Notes: generated from the letters alone by a model not told the origin. Shown: positions 17,540 to 26,977, counted from the stretch's first letter. The stretch is 64,000 nt of DNA from Candidatus Limnocylindrales bacterium (GCA_035308445.1 DATGGQ010000030.1:52598-116597); one strand, 5' to 3'. A program made the numbers and translations.

Positions 17540-17920
17540 TCAGCCGGTGATCGTGATGGTCCCCTTCATCGACGAATGGATCGAGCAGTGGAACGGGTAC
17601 GTGCCGGCCTGGGTGAACGTCAGGCTGGCCGAGGAGCCGGTCGTGATGTGGCCCGTGTCGCAGCCGCCCGCGTCGAGCGTCACCGTGTGGTCCGTCGGAC
17701 CGGAGTTCTTCCACGTGATGACGTCGCCGACCTTTGCCGTCACGTTCGTCGGATTGAACTGGAAATCCGCGACGCCGGCCTCGACGGTGCCGGTCGCCGT
17801 GGTCACCGTGCAGCCGCCAGGTGCGGCGGCCTGCGAGCCACCTGCGCCACCCGAGCCGGAGCAGGCCGAGAGGGCCACGACGGTGAGCGCGCCGACGGCG
17901 AGGCGAGCGAAACGATGCAC
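17540..17920 (-). CDS. Cupredoxin (type-1 blue copper protein, pseudoazurin/plastocyanin-like) lipoprotein
   Basis: Lipobox ALSAC, copper ligands H (DHTV) ... C-x2-H-x4-M (HCSIHSSMKG). 126 aa. Confidence 0.75.
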   Translation of the reverse strand: MHRFARLAVGALTVVALSACSGSGGAGGSQAAAPGGCTVTTATGTVEAGVADFQFNPTNVTAKVGDVITWKNSGPTDHTVTLDAGGCDTGHITTGSSASLTFTQAGTYPFHCSIHSSMKGTITITG

Positions 17921-17990
17921 GGGAGAGGCTCCGATCGATTGGGCCGATGGTCGTTGGAATGTACGTCGGCAGGCCCGGTATGGTTCGCGC

Positions 17991-18833
17991 GTGCCCGAGT
18001 CCCTGCGCGATCCGGCGCTCGGCGAGCGCCTGCTCCTCCACGAGGCCCGGGCGCAACAGTCGCCCGGGCGCGAGCTCCGGGACCTGGGCGACGGCTGGCT
18101 CTTCTACGACCCGGCGGACCCAGAGCCATTCTGGAATCGGCTGATCGGCCCGCGCTGGCCGTCGGAGCCGGCACGGTTCGCCCGGCGGCTCGACGAGGTC
18201 GTCACGCTGTTCGCGACGCTCGACCGGATCGCCCACGTCCGACCGCTGCCCGCCGGCAACGAGCCCGCTGACATCGAGGCCCGGCTGCTCGCGTCGGGCT
18301 TCGACCGGATCGGGTCGGACCGGCGCATGGTCCTCGTCGACCCCGGGCCGGCCCGTCGTCTGGTCGCGGCGTGGGCGCCACGGCTCACCGGGCCGCTGAC
18401 GGTCGACCGACAGCCGGGTCGCCCGCTGGCGATTCGGGAGGGCTGGGCCGAGGACGCCGCCCTCGTGGTGGGCGAGGCCTTCGGCGTCGATCCGTTCCGT
18501 CGGGTCGCCCTCGAGACGGACATGCTCGCCTGCGCCGCGCGCCCCGGCTGCTCGGTCGTGCTGCTGCGCCACGATGGCCAGCCTGTCGCCGTGGCCCGGC
18601 GCGCGACGGTCGCCGGCGGCTCGTACCTGTCCTCGATCGGCACGCGGCCGGCCTGGCGAGGTCGGGGCTATGGCTCGCTGGTGACCGCGCTCGCCGTCGT
18701 CGAGGCCCTCGATGCCGGCGGCGAGCTCGTCCATCTCGCGGTCGACGTGCTGAACGCCCATGGACAGGGCTTCTACGAGGCGCTCGGGTTCGCCGTGCTC
18801 GGGGATCCGGTGGCGGATCTCGTGCTGCGATGA
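17991..18833 (+). CDS. GNAT-family N-acetyltransferase with N-terminal extension
   Basis: The only in-frame start after the divergent cupredoxin gene is GTG 17991. C-terminal acetyl-CoA-binding block SIGTRPAWRGRGYGSLV...GFYEALGF. Confidence 0.6.
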   Translation: MPESLRDPALGERLLLHEARAQQSPGRELRDLGDGWLFYDPADPEPFWNRLIGPRWPSEPARFARRLDEVVTLFATLDRIAHVRPLPAGNEPADIEARLLASGFDRIGSDRRMVLVDPGPARRLVAAWAPRLTGPLTVDRQPGRPLAIREGWAEDAALVVGEAFGVDPFRRVALETDMLACAARPGCSVVLLRHDGQPVAVARRATVAGGSYLSSIGTRPAWRGRGYGSLVTALAVVEALDAGGELVHLAVDVLNAHGQGFYEALGFAVLGDPVADLVLR

Positions 18834-19273
18834 CCGGCTGGTCTGGCAGCGAGGCCGGGCGGGCGATCATCGGGGCGGCGGAGGCGATCCTGGCCGACGC
18901 CGTGGCGCGAGATCGAAGCCTCGACGGCGGGCGAATCGCCGCGATCGCCTGGGCGACCGTCGACCTCGACCGTGCCGAACAGGAGCTGGGAGCGGCGCTG
19001 GGGGTCGAGCTCGCCGCCCGACCCTCCGCTCGGGAGCGGAAGCTCGGCGCGCGGGTGCGGTCGGCGAGCCCGTTCGCGGATGGGCCTGCGCTGCTCCTCC
19101 TCGAGCCGGACACCGAGGGGCGGCTCGCCGCGATTCTTGCCCGCCGGGGGGAGGGCGTCGCGCTGGTAGTGGTCGAGGCGGGCTACCGGACGCGGCGGCT
19201 CGTCGTCACCAGCGACCGCGGTGGACCACCTCGTCGAGCGCCTTCCGACCGCCTGCCTTCGGCGGGCGGGTGA
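18830..19273 (+). CDS. Hypothetical protein (possibly VOC/glyoxalase-like fold)
   Basis: ATGA overlap with the GNAT stop, so translational coupling. 147 aa. The last ~20 codons overlap the convergent nitroreductase gene, so the true stop/extent is uncertain. Confidence 0.4.
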   Translation: MTGWSGSEAGRAIIGAAEAILADAVARDRSLDGGRIAAIAWATVDLDRAEQELGAALGVELAARPSARERKLGARVRSASPFADGPALLLLEPDTEGRLAAILARRGEGVALVVVEAGYRTRRLVVTSDRGGPPRRAPSDRLPSAGG

Positions 19274-19727
19274 GGTCTGCCGGGTCGGCCGGGTAGCCGA
19301 ACGACAGGAGGTAGGGGCAGGCGAGCCCGTCGGGATAGCCGAGCAGCTCCTGGGCGAGGGCGGGGTCGTAGACGGTCGCCGGGCAGGACCCGATGCCCAT
19401 CGCCCAGGCGGCCAGCATCATGTTGTCGGCCGCGGCGCCGAGATCCCACAGGTCGGAGGGCGAGCCGTTCGCGCCGCGCGGGTCCGGGGTGATGAGGGCG
19501 ATCGCGACGGCCGCCCCCGCGAGATGGCCGGCGTACGGCCCGACCTTCGAGAGCTCCCCGAGCTGGGCACGATCGTCGATCACGATGAAGTCCCAGCGCT
19601 GGCTGTTCTTCGAGCTGCCAGCATGGCGGCCGGCATCGAGGATTAGCTCCAGGCGCTCGGTCTCGAGCGGGCGCGGCTCGAAGCGGCGGACCATCCGCTT
19701 CGTCCGGATCGCGTCCCAGGTGTCCAT
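19206..19727 (-). CDS. Nitroreductase-family protein
   Basis: MDTWDAIRTKRMVRRFEPRPL...SKNSQRWDFIV matches the nitroreductase N-terminal FMN-binding pattern. 173 aa. 3 bp downstream of the hydrolase gene. Confidence 0.75.
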   Translation of the reverse strand: MDTWDAIRTKRMVRRFEPRPLETERLELILDAGRHAGSSKNSQRWDFIVIDDRAQLGELSKVGPYAGHLAGAAVAIALITPDPRGANGSPSDLWDLGAAADNMMLAAWAMGIGSCPATVYDPALAQELLGYPDGLACPYLLSFGYPADPADLTRPPKAGGRKALDEVVHRGRW

Positions 19728-19730
19728 CGG

Positions 19731-20843
19731 CTACTCGGTGATCCGGCCGGTGGCGACCGGCTCGGGATCGGGTGACGCGATGGCCCGGACGAGGGTCCGG
19801 ACGCCCCCGGGCTCGCCCTCCAGCGCCGAGAACCCGCGGTCCTCCCGCTCCGGCATCCGCGTGGCCGGGACGTCCGCGGCGAGGGCAGCGGCGGCCTCGG
19901 GCGTGAACGGGCCGTCCAGCCAGCGCGTCAGGAACAGGCCGATGGCCCGCCGGTACGAGGGGAACTCGAAGAGCCAGCTGTGGTGGCCGCCCGGGATCGT
20001 GAGCGCCTCGATCGGCAGGGCCGCTGGATCGTCGCCTCGCGCTCGGCGGGCGATCGCGACCAGCCGGTCCTGGTGCCCCGGCGGGACCACGCGATCGTCG
20101 CTGCCGTTGATGAGGAGCACCGGGCCCCGGTACTGGGCGATCGCTCGGGCCGCCGACACGGCCGACACCCGGTGCCCGCGCGGCTGCAGGAACACTTGCG
20201 TGGTGAGCCACGCCAGCGGGTAGGCGATGACATTCGGGATCGGGAGGCTGGCGAGGTGAAACGTCTGGCGAGTCAACCGGTAGGGGTCGGCCGGCGAGGC
20301 GATCGCCACGACGGCCCGAACGCGCGGCTCGGCCGCCGCGGCGAGCAGCGCCCCGATCGCGCCCATCGAGTGACCCAGGACCCCGACCGCCGACACGTCC
20401 GGCCGGTCGAGCAGCCAGCGGACGCCGGCCAGGCTGTCCGCGCCGAACTCGCCGGCGGTGAGCGGCAGGACCTCGCCTGGGTTCTCGCCGTGGCCGCGGA
20501 CGTCGATGGTCAGGACGTGCATCCCGATCCGGCGGAGGATCAGCGCGTTCGGCAGCGTCCTGTCGCGCGCCGACTCCCAGCCGTGGACGAGCAGCACGGC
20601 CGGCCGCGGGGCATCGGCGCCCTCGGCCGGGATCCACCAGCCAGGCAGCGTTCGGCCCTCGACCGTCGGCACGTCGACGCGGGTGAATGGCAGGCCGAGG
20701 CTCGATGGGTCGGACTCGGGGAGGTGCCGTCGCGGGTACCCGGCCCGGGCGCGGTAGGCATGCGCGAACCGCCACGCCCCGAGCGGGATGAGGCCGATCG
20801 CCGCGGTGATGCCGGCCCGGCGGCCGGTGATCCGGGAAGCCAC
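19731..20843 (-). CDS. Alpha/beta-hydrolase (S9/BAAT-like esterase or peptidase), membrane-anchored
   Basis: Nucleophile elbow GHSMG. Catalytic Asp/His region (NGSDDRVV...GGHHS). N-terminal TM segment. Start placed at GTG 20841-20843, because the upstream part of the ORF overlaps the divergent DnaJ gene. The start is uncertain. Confidence 0.7.
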   Translation of the reverse strand: MASRITGRRAGITAAIGLIPLGAWRFAHAYRARAGYPRRHLPESDPSSLGLPFTRVDVPTVEGRTLPGWWIPAEGADAPRPAVLLVHGWESARDRTLPNALILRRIGMHVLTIDVRGHGENPGEVLPLTAGEFGADSLAGVRWLLDRPDVSAVGVLGHSMGAIGALLAAAAEPRVRAVVAIASPADPYRLTRQTFHLASLPIPNVIAYPLAWLTTQVFLQPRGHRVSAVSAARAIAQYRGPVLLINGSDDRVVPPGHQDRLVAIARRARGDDPAALPIEALTIPGGHHSWLFEFPSYRRAIGLFLTRWLDGPFTPEAAAALAADVPATRMPEREDRGFSALEGEPGGVRTLVRAIASPDPEPVATGRITE

Positions 20844-20904
20844 GACGTAAGGGGACGCCGGGCCGGGGAGGCTGTCAAGCGAGGCCCGTCGATACACTTC
20901 CCTC

Positions 20905-21573
20905 GTGCCGAAATGGGATCCCCATGACGTCCTCGGAGTGCCCCGGAATGCCTCGCAGGCCACGATCAAGGCCGCCTGGCGCAAGCTGGCCCGGGAGCAT
21001 CACCCCGACCTGACCGGCGGCGACTCGCAGGCAGCGCGGGCGGCAACACGACGGATGGCCGAGATCAACCAGGCCTACGAGCAGCTGCGGATCGGCCGGC
21101 TGGGGCAGGGGAACGGGACCGAGGCTGCGGCGACCAGGCGGCGCTGGCCGCCGGCCGAGAAGCCGACGCGGCCGGTCACCGGCCGGCTGGACACCTCGGG
21201 CACCTTCCGCCCGCGGAACACGACGACCGGACCGGCCCATCGCCCGGCCGGCCGCCCGCCGATCCGCGTCGACCGCCTCGATCGCGAGCCGCTCCGCGCC
21301 TCCCATCCGACCGGCCCGCTGAATCGGTCGCGCCAGCGCAACTTCAGCCCGCCGCCGCCGCCGAGCCTCGACGACGCCCTCGCCCTGACGATCGCATTCG
21401 GCAAGTTCCACGGTCACACGCTCGGGGAGATCGCCAGCTTCGAGCCCTCGTACATCGACTGGCTGGCCCGGACGATCGCCCGTGACCCGGAGCTCGTCGC
21501 GGCCGCCCGCGTCGTCCAGGAGGACCTCGACCGGCGCAGCGTCGCTCGCCGGCCGCGGCCGGTCGGAGCCTGA
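20905..21573 (+). CDS. J-domain (DnaJ-like) protein
   Basis: N-terminal J domain with HPD motif ([32 protein letters not shown]). The rest is low-complexity. GTG start. Confidence 0.65.
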   Translation: MPKWDPHDVLGVPRNASQATIKAAWRKLAREHHPDLTGGDSQAARAATRRMAEINQAYEQLRIGRLGQGNGTEAAATRRRWPPAEKPTRPVTGRLDTSGTFRPRNTTTGPAHRPAGRPPIRVDRLDREPLRASHPTGPLNRSRQRNFSPPPPPSLDDALALTIAFGKFHGHTLGEIASFEPSYIDWLARTIARDPELVAAARVVQEDLDRRSVARRPRPVGA

Positions 21574-21575
21574 CC

Positions 21576-22211
21576 ATCCGAGCGCGTCGGGCGGTCGTCG
21601 CCGCCCTGCTCGGGCTGCTCGTCGCTGCCTGCGCCGGTGGTGGCGCCGGGGCGACGTTCTCGACCTCCGGCCCTTGCCTCGCCGACGGGCGGGCGCCCGG
21701 GGCGTTCCCGGCCCTCGAGGCGCTGGCGCCAACCTCGCTGTCCGGCACCCCGCCGACGTCCGTCGACTCCGGGCGGAACTGCTCGGACGCGGCGCTCGGG
21801 ACGCTCGTCGAGCGCGGGGTCCGGGAGCTGGACTTCGGTGGCGCGACCTGGGACTACGGCCACGGCGCGGGCACCTCGATCGCGGTGCTCGCGCTGCCGT
21901 CGGGGCAGCTGCCCCTGGCCTGGACCGAGGAGTTCTATCTCGCCGGCGCGATCAACGGGACGAAGACCGACAACGTCAAGTCGTCGCATCCCAAGGTCCC
22001 GGGGGTGGCCGACGCCTTCCGGATCGATGCCCTGAACGACGACTCGCAGCAGGCGATCGTGGTCTGGCAGGCCGGGGACGACGTCCGCGTGGTGATCGTC
22101 GCGAGCCCGATCGGCCCGACGGCCTCGATGGCCGAGCACGATGCGCGGGTCGCGGCCGCGATCCAGGCTGCCTTGCAGGCCTCGGGGATTCCGGTACCGT
22201 CGCCGTCATGA
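21576..22211 (+). CDS. Lipoprotein, hypothetical; apparent non-canonical ATC start
   Basis: The frame is open from 21486. A perfect lipoprotein signal (I)[18 protein letters not shown] begins at ATC 21576, which lies 8 nt after GGAG. There is no ATG/GTG/TTG upstream of the signal peptide in this frame. The C-terminus is coupled to the mutase gene by ATGA overlap. Confidence 0.5.
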   Translation: MRARRAVVAALLGLLVAACAGGGAGATFSTSGPCLADGRAPGAFPALEALAPTSLSGTPPTSVDSGRNCSDAALGTLVERGVRELDFGGATWDYGHGAGTSIAVLALPSGQLPLAWTEEFYLAGAINGTKTDNVKSSHPKVPGVADAFRIDALNDDSQQAIVVWQAGDDVRVVIVASPIGPTASMAEHDARVAAAIQAALQASGIPVPSPS

Positions 22212-23896
22212 CGGACCGCGACTCCTGGCAGGAGCGCCGCCGGGCCTGGAAGGTCGAGCGCCTCGACCTCGCGCTGGCCCGCTCGCCCGAGCGGGCGAAG
22301 CGCTTCGCGACCCTCGGCGAGATCGAGCTCGATTCGCTCTACGGGCCGTGGTCCTGGCCGGCCGACTTCGATCCGCTCCGCGACGTCGGCCTGCCCGGCG
22401 AGCCGCCGTTCACCCGCGGCATCCACCCGTCCGGCTACCGCAGCCGCCTCTGGACGATGCGGATGTTCGCCGGGTTCGGCGCGGCCGAGGACACGAACGC
22501 CCGGTTCAAGTCGCTGCTGGCCGCGGGCCAGACGGGGCTGTCCATCGCCTATGACATGCCGACGCTCTACGGCTACGACACCGACCAGCCGGAGGCCGAG
22601 GGCGAGTTCGGGACCTGCGGCGTCGCGGTCTCGTCCCTGGCCGACATGGAGGTCCTGCTGGCCGGCCTGCCGCTCGACGGTGTCTCCACGTCGATGACGA
22701 TCAACTCGCCGGCCGCCCCGATCTGGGCGATGTACATCGTCGCGGCCGAGAAGGCCGGGTTCCCGCGCTCAACCCTCGAGGGCACGACCCAGAACGACAT
22801 CCTCAAGGAGTTCGTCGCCCAGAAGGAGTTCCTGTTCCCGCCCGAGCCGTCGATGCGCCTCGTCACGGACACGATCGAGTTCGGGACGCGGGAGCTGCCG
22901 CGCTGGAACACGATCTCGATCTCGGGCTACCACATCCGCGAGGCCGGCTCGACGGCGGTCCAGGAGCTGGCATTCACGATCGCCGACGGGATGGCCTACG
23001 TCGAGGACGCCCTGGCCCGGGGGCTGCGGGTCGACGACTTCGCGCCACGCCTGAGCTTCTTCTTCAACTCCCACAGCGACTTCTTCGAGGAGATCGCGAA
23101 GTACCGGGCGGCTCGGCGGGTCTGGTTCAAGCTCATGAGCGAGCGCTACCACGCGGAGAACGAGCGATCGACCTGGATGCGCTTCCACACCCAGACGGCC
23201 GGTGTCTCCCTGACCCCGCAGCAGCCCCTGAACAACCTGACGCGCGTCGCGATCCAGGCGCTGGCGGCGGTCCTCGGCGGCACGCAGTCGCTCCACACCG
23301 ACGCCTACGACGAGGCGCTCGCCGTGCCGACCGCCGGGGCCGCGCTGCTCGCCCTCCGGCAGCAGCAGATCCTCGCCGAGGAGACCGGCGTGACCGGCAC
23401 GATCGACCCGCTCGGCGGGTCGTGGTTCGTCGAGGCGCTGACGAACCAGGTCGAGCGCCAGGTCTGGCGGTACATCGACGAGATCGATCGCCGGGGCGGC
23501 ATGGTCAAGGCGATCGAGGAGGGCTATCCGCAGCGGGAGATCGCCGACTCGGCCTATCGCTTCCAGCGCGAGCTCGACGACGGCGAGCGCCGGATCGTCG
23601 GGGTCAACGCCTACCTCGACGACCGCGAGGAGACGACGGTGCCCGTGCTCGAGGTCCCGGCCGGCTCGCTCGAGGCCCAGCTGGGCCGCCTCGCCCGGAT
23701 CCGGCGCGAGCGGGATCCGGCCGCCGTCGAGGCGGCGCTGGCCGGCCTCCGGGACGCGGCGTCGAGGGCCGGCTCGTCGGAGACCAACCTGATGCCGCAC
23801 TTCCTGCGCTGCGCGGCCGCCTACGCGACGCTCGGGGAGCAGTGCGGCGTCCTTCGCGGTGTCTTCGGCGAGTACCGCGAGCCGGTCGCGGTCTAG
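22208..23896 (+). CDS. icmA: Acyl-CoA mutase large (catalytic) subunit, likely isobutyryl-CoA mutase IcmA, not methylmalonyl-CoA mutase
   Basis: 562-aa methylmalonyl-CoA-mutase-family TIM-barrel domain with no B12 domain. Substrate-specificity positions read RMFAGFG (Phe where methylmalonyl-CoA mutase has Tyr) and FVAQKEF (Gln where it has Arg). This is the isobutyryl-CoA mutase pattern. Confidence 0.8.
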   Translation: MTDRDSWQERRRAWKVERLDLALARSPERAKRFATLGEIELDSLYGPWSWPADFDPLRDVGLPGEPPFTRGIHPSGYRSRLWTMRMFAGFGAAEDTNARFKSLLAAGQTGLSIAYDMPTLYGYDTDQPEAEGEFGTCGVAVSSLADMEVLLAGLPLDGVSTSMTINSPAAPIWAMYIVAAEKAGFPRSTLEGTTQNDILKEFVAQKEFLFPPEPSMRLVTDTIEFGTRELPRWNTISISGYHIREAGSTAVQELAFTIADGMAYVEDALARGLRVDDFAPRLSFFFNSHSDFFEEIAKYRAARRVWFKLMSERYHAENERSTWMRFHTQTAGVSLTPQQPLNNLTRVAIQALAAVLGGTQSLHTDAYDEALAVPTAGAALLALRQQQILAEETGVTGTIDPLGGSWFVEALTNQVERQVWRYIDEIDRRGGMVKAIEEGYPQREIADSAYRFQRELDDGERRIVGVNAYLDDREETTVPVLEVPAGSLEAQLGRLARIRRERDPAAVEAALAGLRDAASRAGSSETNLMPHFLRCAAAYATLGEQCGVLRGVFGEYREPVAV

Positions 23897-23916
23897 GGAT
23901 CGACGGAGGGCCCGCG

Positions 23917-24396
23917 ATGTACCTCAATGCGCTGGAGTTCCTCGAGGAGGAGCGCGAGGGCTGGCGGCCCTTCGAAGCCCTCCTCGACCTGAGCGACGAG
24001 CAGCTCGGGGTCGGCGTGTCCGGCCCGGACCGCTGGTCGGGGCGGGACCTGATGGCCCACCTCGTCCACTGGCAGGCCGGCTGCCTCGACGTCGCACGGG
24101 AGCTGGCCGTCGGTCCCCACAGCCCGACGAAGGAGCGTCAGGATCGCGAGTGGGACGAGCGCGCCGACGCCATCAACGACGAGATCACGGTCGAGTGGGC
24201 CAAGCTCCCGATGTCCGAGGTCCGGCGTCGGTTCGAGACGACGCCCGGGGAGCTCCGCGGCTACCTGACGGTCGTGCCCGAGACGCGCTGGCTCAAGCAC
24301 GCCGACTACCTGGCGTACTTCCTGAACGAGACCACCGACCACTACGCCGACCACACGGCCGATCTCGAGGTGATCCTCGAGGCCGCCCGGTCGTGA
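23917..24396 (+). CDS. DinB_2 / mycothiol-maleylpyruvate-isomerase N-terminal-like domain protein
   Basis: GGAGGG RBS 7 nt before the ATG. Motif DLMAHLVHWQ. 159 aa. Paralog of 32210..32671. Confidence 0.6.
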   Translation: MYLNALEFLEEEREGWRPFEALLDLSDEQLGVGVSGPDRWSGRDLMAHLVHWQAGCLDVARELAVGPHSPTKERQDREWDERADAINDEITVEWAKLPMSEVRRRFETTPGELRGYLTVVPETRWLKHADYLAYFLNETTDHYADHTADLEVILEAARS

Positions 24397-24409
24397 CGGT
24401 TCGAGGCTG

Positions 24410-24730
24410 GTGACCGGACCGACCCTCGCCACGACCGTGGCCGGCCTCGCCGCCGGGCTGGACACCCAGGTCGTCATGGCGGGCGGCTCGATCACCTGGA
24501 GCCGAGGCGAGACCGCCTTCGCCGTGCTCCACGGATCGGCGGTCGAGCTGCGCCTCGATCGGGCCGTGGCGGCGGCAGCGCTCAGGACGCCAGACACCGC
24601 CCCATCCCCGCGCGGGCCGGAGTGGGTCTCGTTCGCCCCGTCGACCCTCGAGGGCCACGATCTCGACCGGCTCGAGGCCTGGTTCGGCCTGGCGTACCGG
24701 CGCGCCGAGACGGCAGCCCCGCGAACCTGA
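24410..24730 (+). CDS. Hypothetical small protein
   Basis: GTG start. 106 aa with coding-like GC3 skew. No motif recognised. Confidence 0.35.
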   Translation: MTGPTLATTVAGLAAGLDTQVVMAGGSITWSRGETAFAVLHGSAVELRLDRAVAAAALRTPDTAPSPRGPEWVSFAPSTLEGHDLDRLEAWFGLAYRRAETAAPRT

Positions 24731-24742
24731 CACCCTGCGCTG

Positions 24743-26113
24743 ATGCCCGCCTACGACGCCTTCGATCGCTACGTCGCCGACCACCTCGCTGCCTGGACCG
24801 GGGAGCTCGCCGAGTTCTGCGCGATCCCGTCCGAGGCCACGGACCCGGCGGCGCTCGAGGCCGCGGCGGACTGGGTCGCGGCGCGCTACCGGCGCCTCGG
24901 TCACGGGACCACCGTCGACCTCGTCACGAACCGGGGGGACCCGCCGCTCGTCGTTGCCGAGATCGGATCCGGGCGGACGGTCGTCGCGCTCCAGCACTAC
25001 GACGTCCAGCCCGCCTCGCCGTGGCATCTCTGGACGACGCCGCCCTACCAGCCCGACGTGCGGGACGGGCGCCTGTATGCGCGCGGGGCATGCGACAACA
25101 AGGGCGAGCTCATGGCCCGGATCTGGGGGCTCGAGGCCTACCTGGCCACCGTCGGCGAGCTGCCATGCCGGGTCCGATTCCTGACCCAGGGCCAGGAGGA
25201 GGGCGGCGGCGACTCGTTCCCGCGGCTCCTGGCGATGCGGCCCGGGAGCCTCGAGGGCGACGCCGCCCTGAGCGAGGGCGGCGGGCTCGACGTCGAGGGC
25301 CGGCCCGTGGTCTTCGCCGGCGTCAGGGGCATGGTCACGGTCGAGCTGGTCTGCCGGACGATCGCGTATGACGCCCACTCGAGCCTCGCGAACCTGCTGC
25401 CGAGCGCGCCGATCCGGATGGTGCAGGCCCTCTCGACGTTCTGGGACGCCGAGGGTGTCCCGGCCATCGAGGGCCTCAAGGCGCAGGTCCGACCGCCGAC
25501 GTCGGCCCAGCTCGCCGTCCTCGAATCGGCCCCGGCCGGCGCGCTGGAGGCCGAGCTGATGCCGGAGTTCAAGGTCGATCGGTTCGTCGCCGGCCGCACC
25601 GGCCAGGCGGCTGTTCGCGCGCTGGCCCTCGATCCGACCGTGAACGTTCAGGGCCTCTGGTCGGGCTACACGGGTCCTGGCGGGAACACGATCACGCCGG
25701 CCGAGGCCCATGCCCGGGTGGACATCCGGCTCGTGCCCGACATGGATCCCGAGACGACGGTGGCGACGCTGCGGCGGCACCTCGAGCGCCACGGATTCGG
25801 CGATCTCGAGGTCGTCGAGAACGACGATCGCTACCGCGCCTGGTGGACGACGCCGGACCACCCGCTCATCCAGGCGTCGGCCCGTGCGTCCGAGGCCGCG
25901 ACGGGCAAGCGGGCGGTGCTGCAGGTGTCCGCCGCCGGCACGGAGCCGATGTGGGACGTGGCCGCCGCGCACGAGCTGCCGATGTCGACGATCGGGGCGA
26001 CCGACCCGGACATCCGCGTCCACGCGCCGGACGAGAGCTACAGCCTCGACAACGCCGCGACCGCGGCCCGGATGTTCGGCCGCTTCCTCGACGAGTTCGC
26101 CGCGCTGGACTAG
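24743..26113 (+). CDS. M20-family metallopeptidase (dipeptidase / ArgE-DapE-CPG2 type)
   Basis: Metal-binding blocks HYDVQP, GACDNKG, QEEGG and the dimerisation domain are present. 456 aa. Confidence 0.85.
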   Translation: MPAYDAFDRYVADHLAAWTGELAEFCAIPSEATDPAALEAAADWVAARYRRLGHGTTVDLVTNRGDPPLVVAEIGSGRTVVALQHYDVQPASPWHLWTTPPYQPDVRDGRLYARGACDNKGELMARIWGLEAYLATVGELPCRVRFLTQGQEEGGGDSFPRLLAMRPGSLEGDAALSEGGGLDVEGRPVVFAGVRGMVTVELVCRTIAYDAHSSLANLLPSAPIRMVQALSTFWDAEGVPAIEGLKAQVRPPTSAQLAVLESAPAGALEAELMPEFKVDRFVAGRTGQAAVRALALDPTVNVQGLWSGYTGPGGNTITPAEAHARVDIRLVPDMDPETTVATLRRHLERHGFGDLEVVENDDRYRAWWTTPDHPLIQASARASEAATGKRAVLQVSAAGTEPMWDVAAAHELPMSTIGATDPDIRVHAPDESYSLDNAATAARMFGRFLDEFAALD

Positions 26114-26130
26114 CCGGCGCCGGGAATCGA

Positions 26131-26158
26131 GACGCCCCGGCGGGCCCGCCGGGGCGTC
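26131..26158. terminator. Bidirectional rho-independent-like hairpin between convergent genes
   Basis: Near-perfect palindrome GACGCCCCGGCGGG/CCCGCCGGGGCGTC between the M20 stop (26113) and the thioredoxin stop (26176). Confidence 0.5.
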
Positions 26159-26175
26159 GCTGTCTGCGAGGTCGC

Positions 26176-26547
26176 TCAGGCCGCGGACGATGCGCTGTCG
26201 CTTGCCGGAGCGGCCTCGACCTTCGGATACGAGGCCAGCTGGAACTGCGACTCCAGCTGCTCGGCCGGGCGGAACCCGACGACGCCCATCGGCTGCTTGC
26301 CCGGGGCGAAGAAGGCGATGGTCGGGATCGACATGATGTTGAACGCCCGGGACAGGCCGGGGTTCGCGTCGACGTCGACCTTGACGATGTCGATCGAGCC
26401 CTCGTACTTCGCGGCGAGCTTCTCCATCTCGGGCGCCACGAGCTTGCAGGGCCCGCACCAGGCGGCCCAGAAGTCGACGACCACGGGCCTGTCGTTGTGG
26501 AGCACGACGTCCTCGAACGTGGCGTCGGTGGCGGTCTTGATCGCCAT
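26176..26547 (-). CDS. Thioredoxin
   Basis: WCGPC active site. AAAGGA RBS. 123 aa with a short Ala/Ser-rich C-terminal tail. Confidence 0.85.
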   Translation of the reverse strand: MAIKTATDATFEDVVLHNDRPVVVDFWAAWCGPCKLVAPEMEKLAAKYEGSIDIVKVDVDANPGLSRAFNIMSIPTIAFFAPGKQPMGVVGFRPAEQLESQFQLASYPKVEAAPASDSASSAA

Positions 26548-26588
26548 CTGGATGGGTTCCTTTCTCCCGCTGGGCGGGACTCGTCGTC

Positions 26589-26936
26589 CTAGCGGGCGAT
26601 CGATTGGAGCAGGTGATAGGCCTCGAGGACACGGGTGTCGGCGAGGCGGTAGAAGACGGTGCTGCCCTCGCGGCGCGTGGCGACGAGCCCCGCGGACCGG
26701 AGGACGGCCAGGTGCTGGCTCATGTTCGGGACCTGGCACCCGACACGCATCGACAGCTCGCTGACGGACAGCTCGCCGTTCGCGAGGGACTCGAGGACGC
26801 ACAGGCGCTTCGGGTCGGCGAGCGCGCGGCCGATGACGGCGGTGCGCTCGTAGCTCGCTTCGGACGCGGCCGGCGCCGCGATGTCGATGACCATCGCGAC
26901 CATCATGTCACTGGTTGCGCAATCGCGCAAGTCCAT
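26589..26936 (-). CDS. ArsR/SmtB-family transcriptional regulator
   Basis: wHTH LADPKRLCVLESLANGELSVSELSMRVGCQVPNMSQHLAVLRSAGLV. Directly upstream of thioredoxin on the same strand. The start could be any of Met1, Met11 or Met12. Confidence 0.65.
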   Translation of the reverse strand: MDLRDCATSDMMVAMVIDIAAPAASEASYERTAVIGRALADPKRLCVLESLANGELSVSELSMRVGCQVPNMSQHLAVLRSAGLVATRREGSTVFYRLADTRVLEAYHLLQSIAR

Positions 26937-26977
26937 CGGCTGTCCGAACGGTCGGAGCCGGCCGCTATCCTCGCCCG

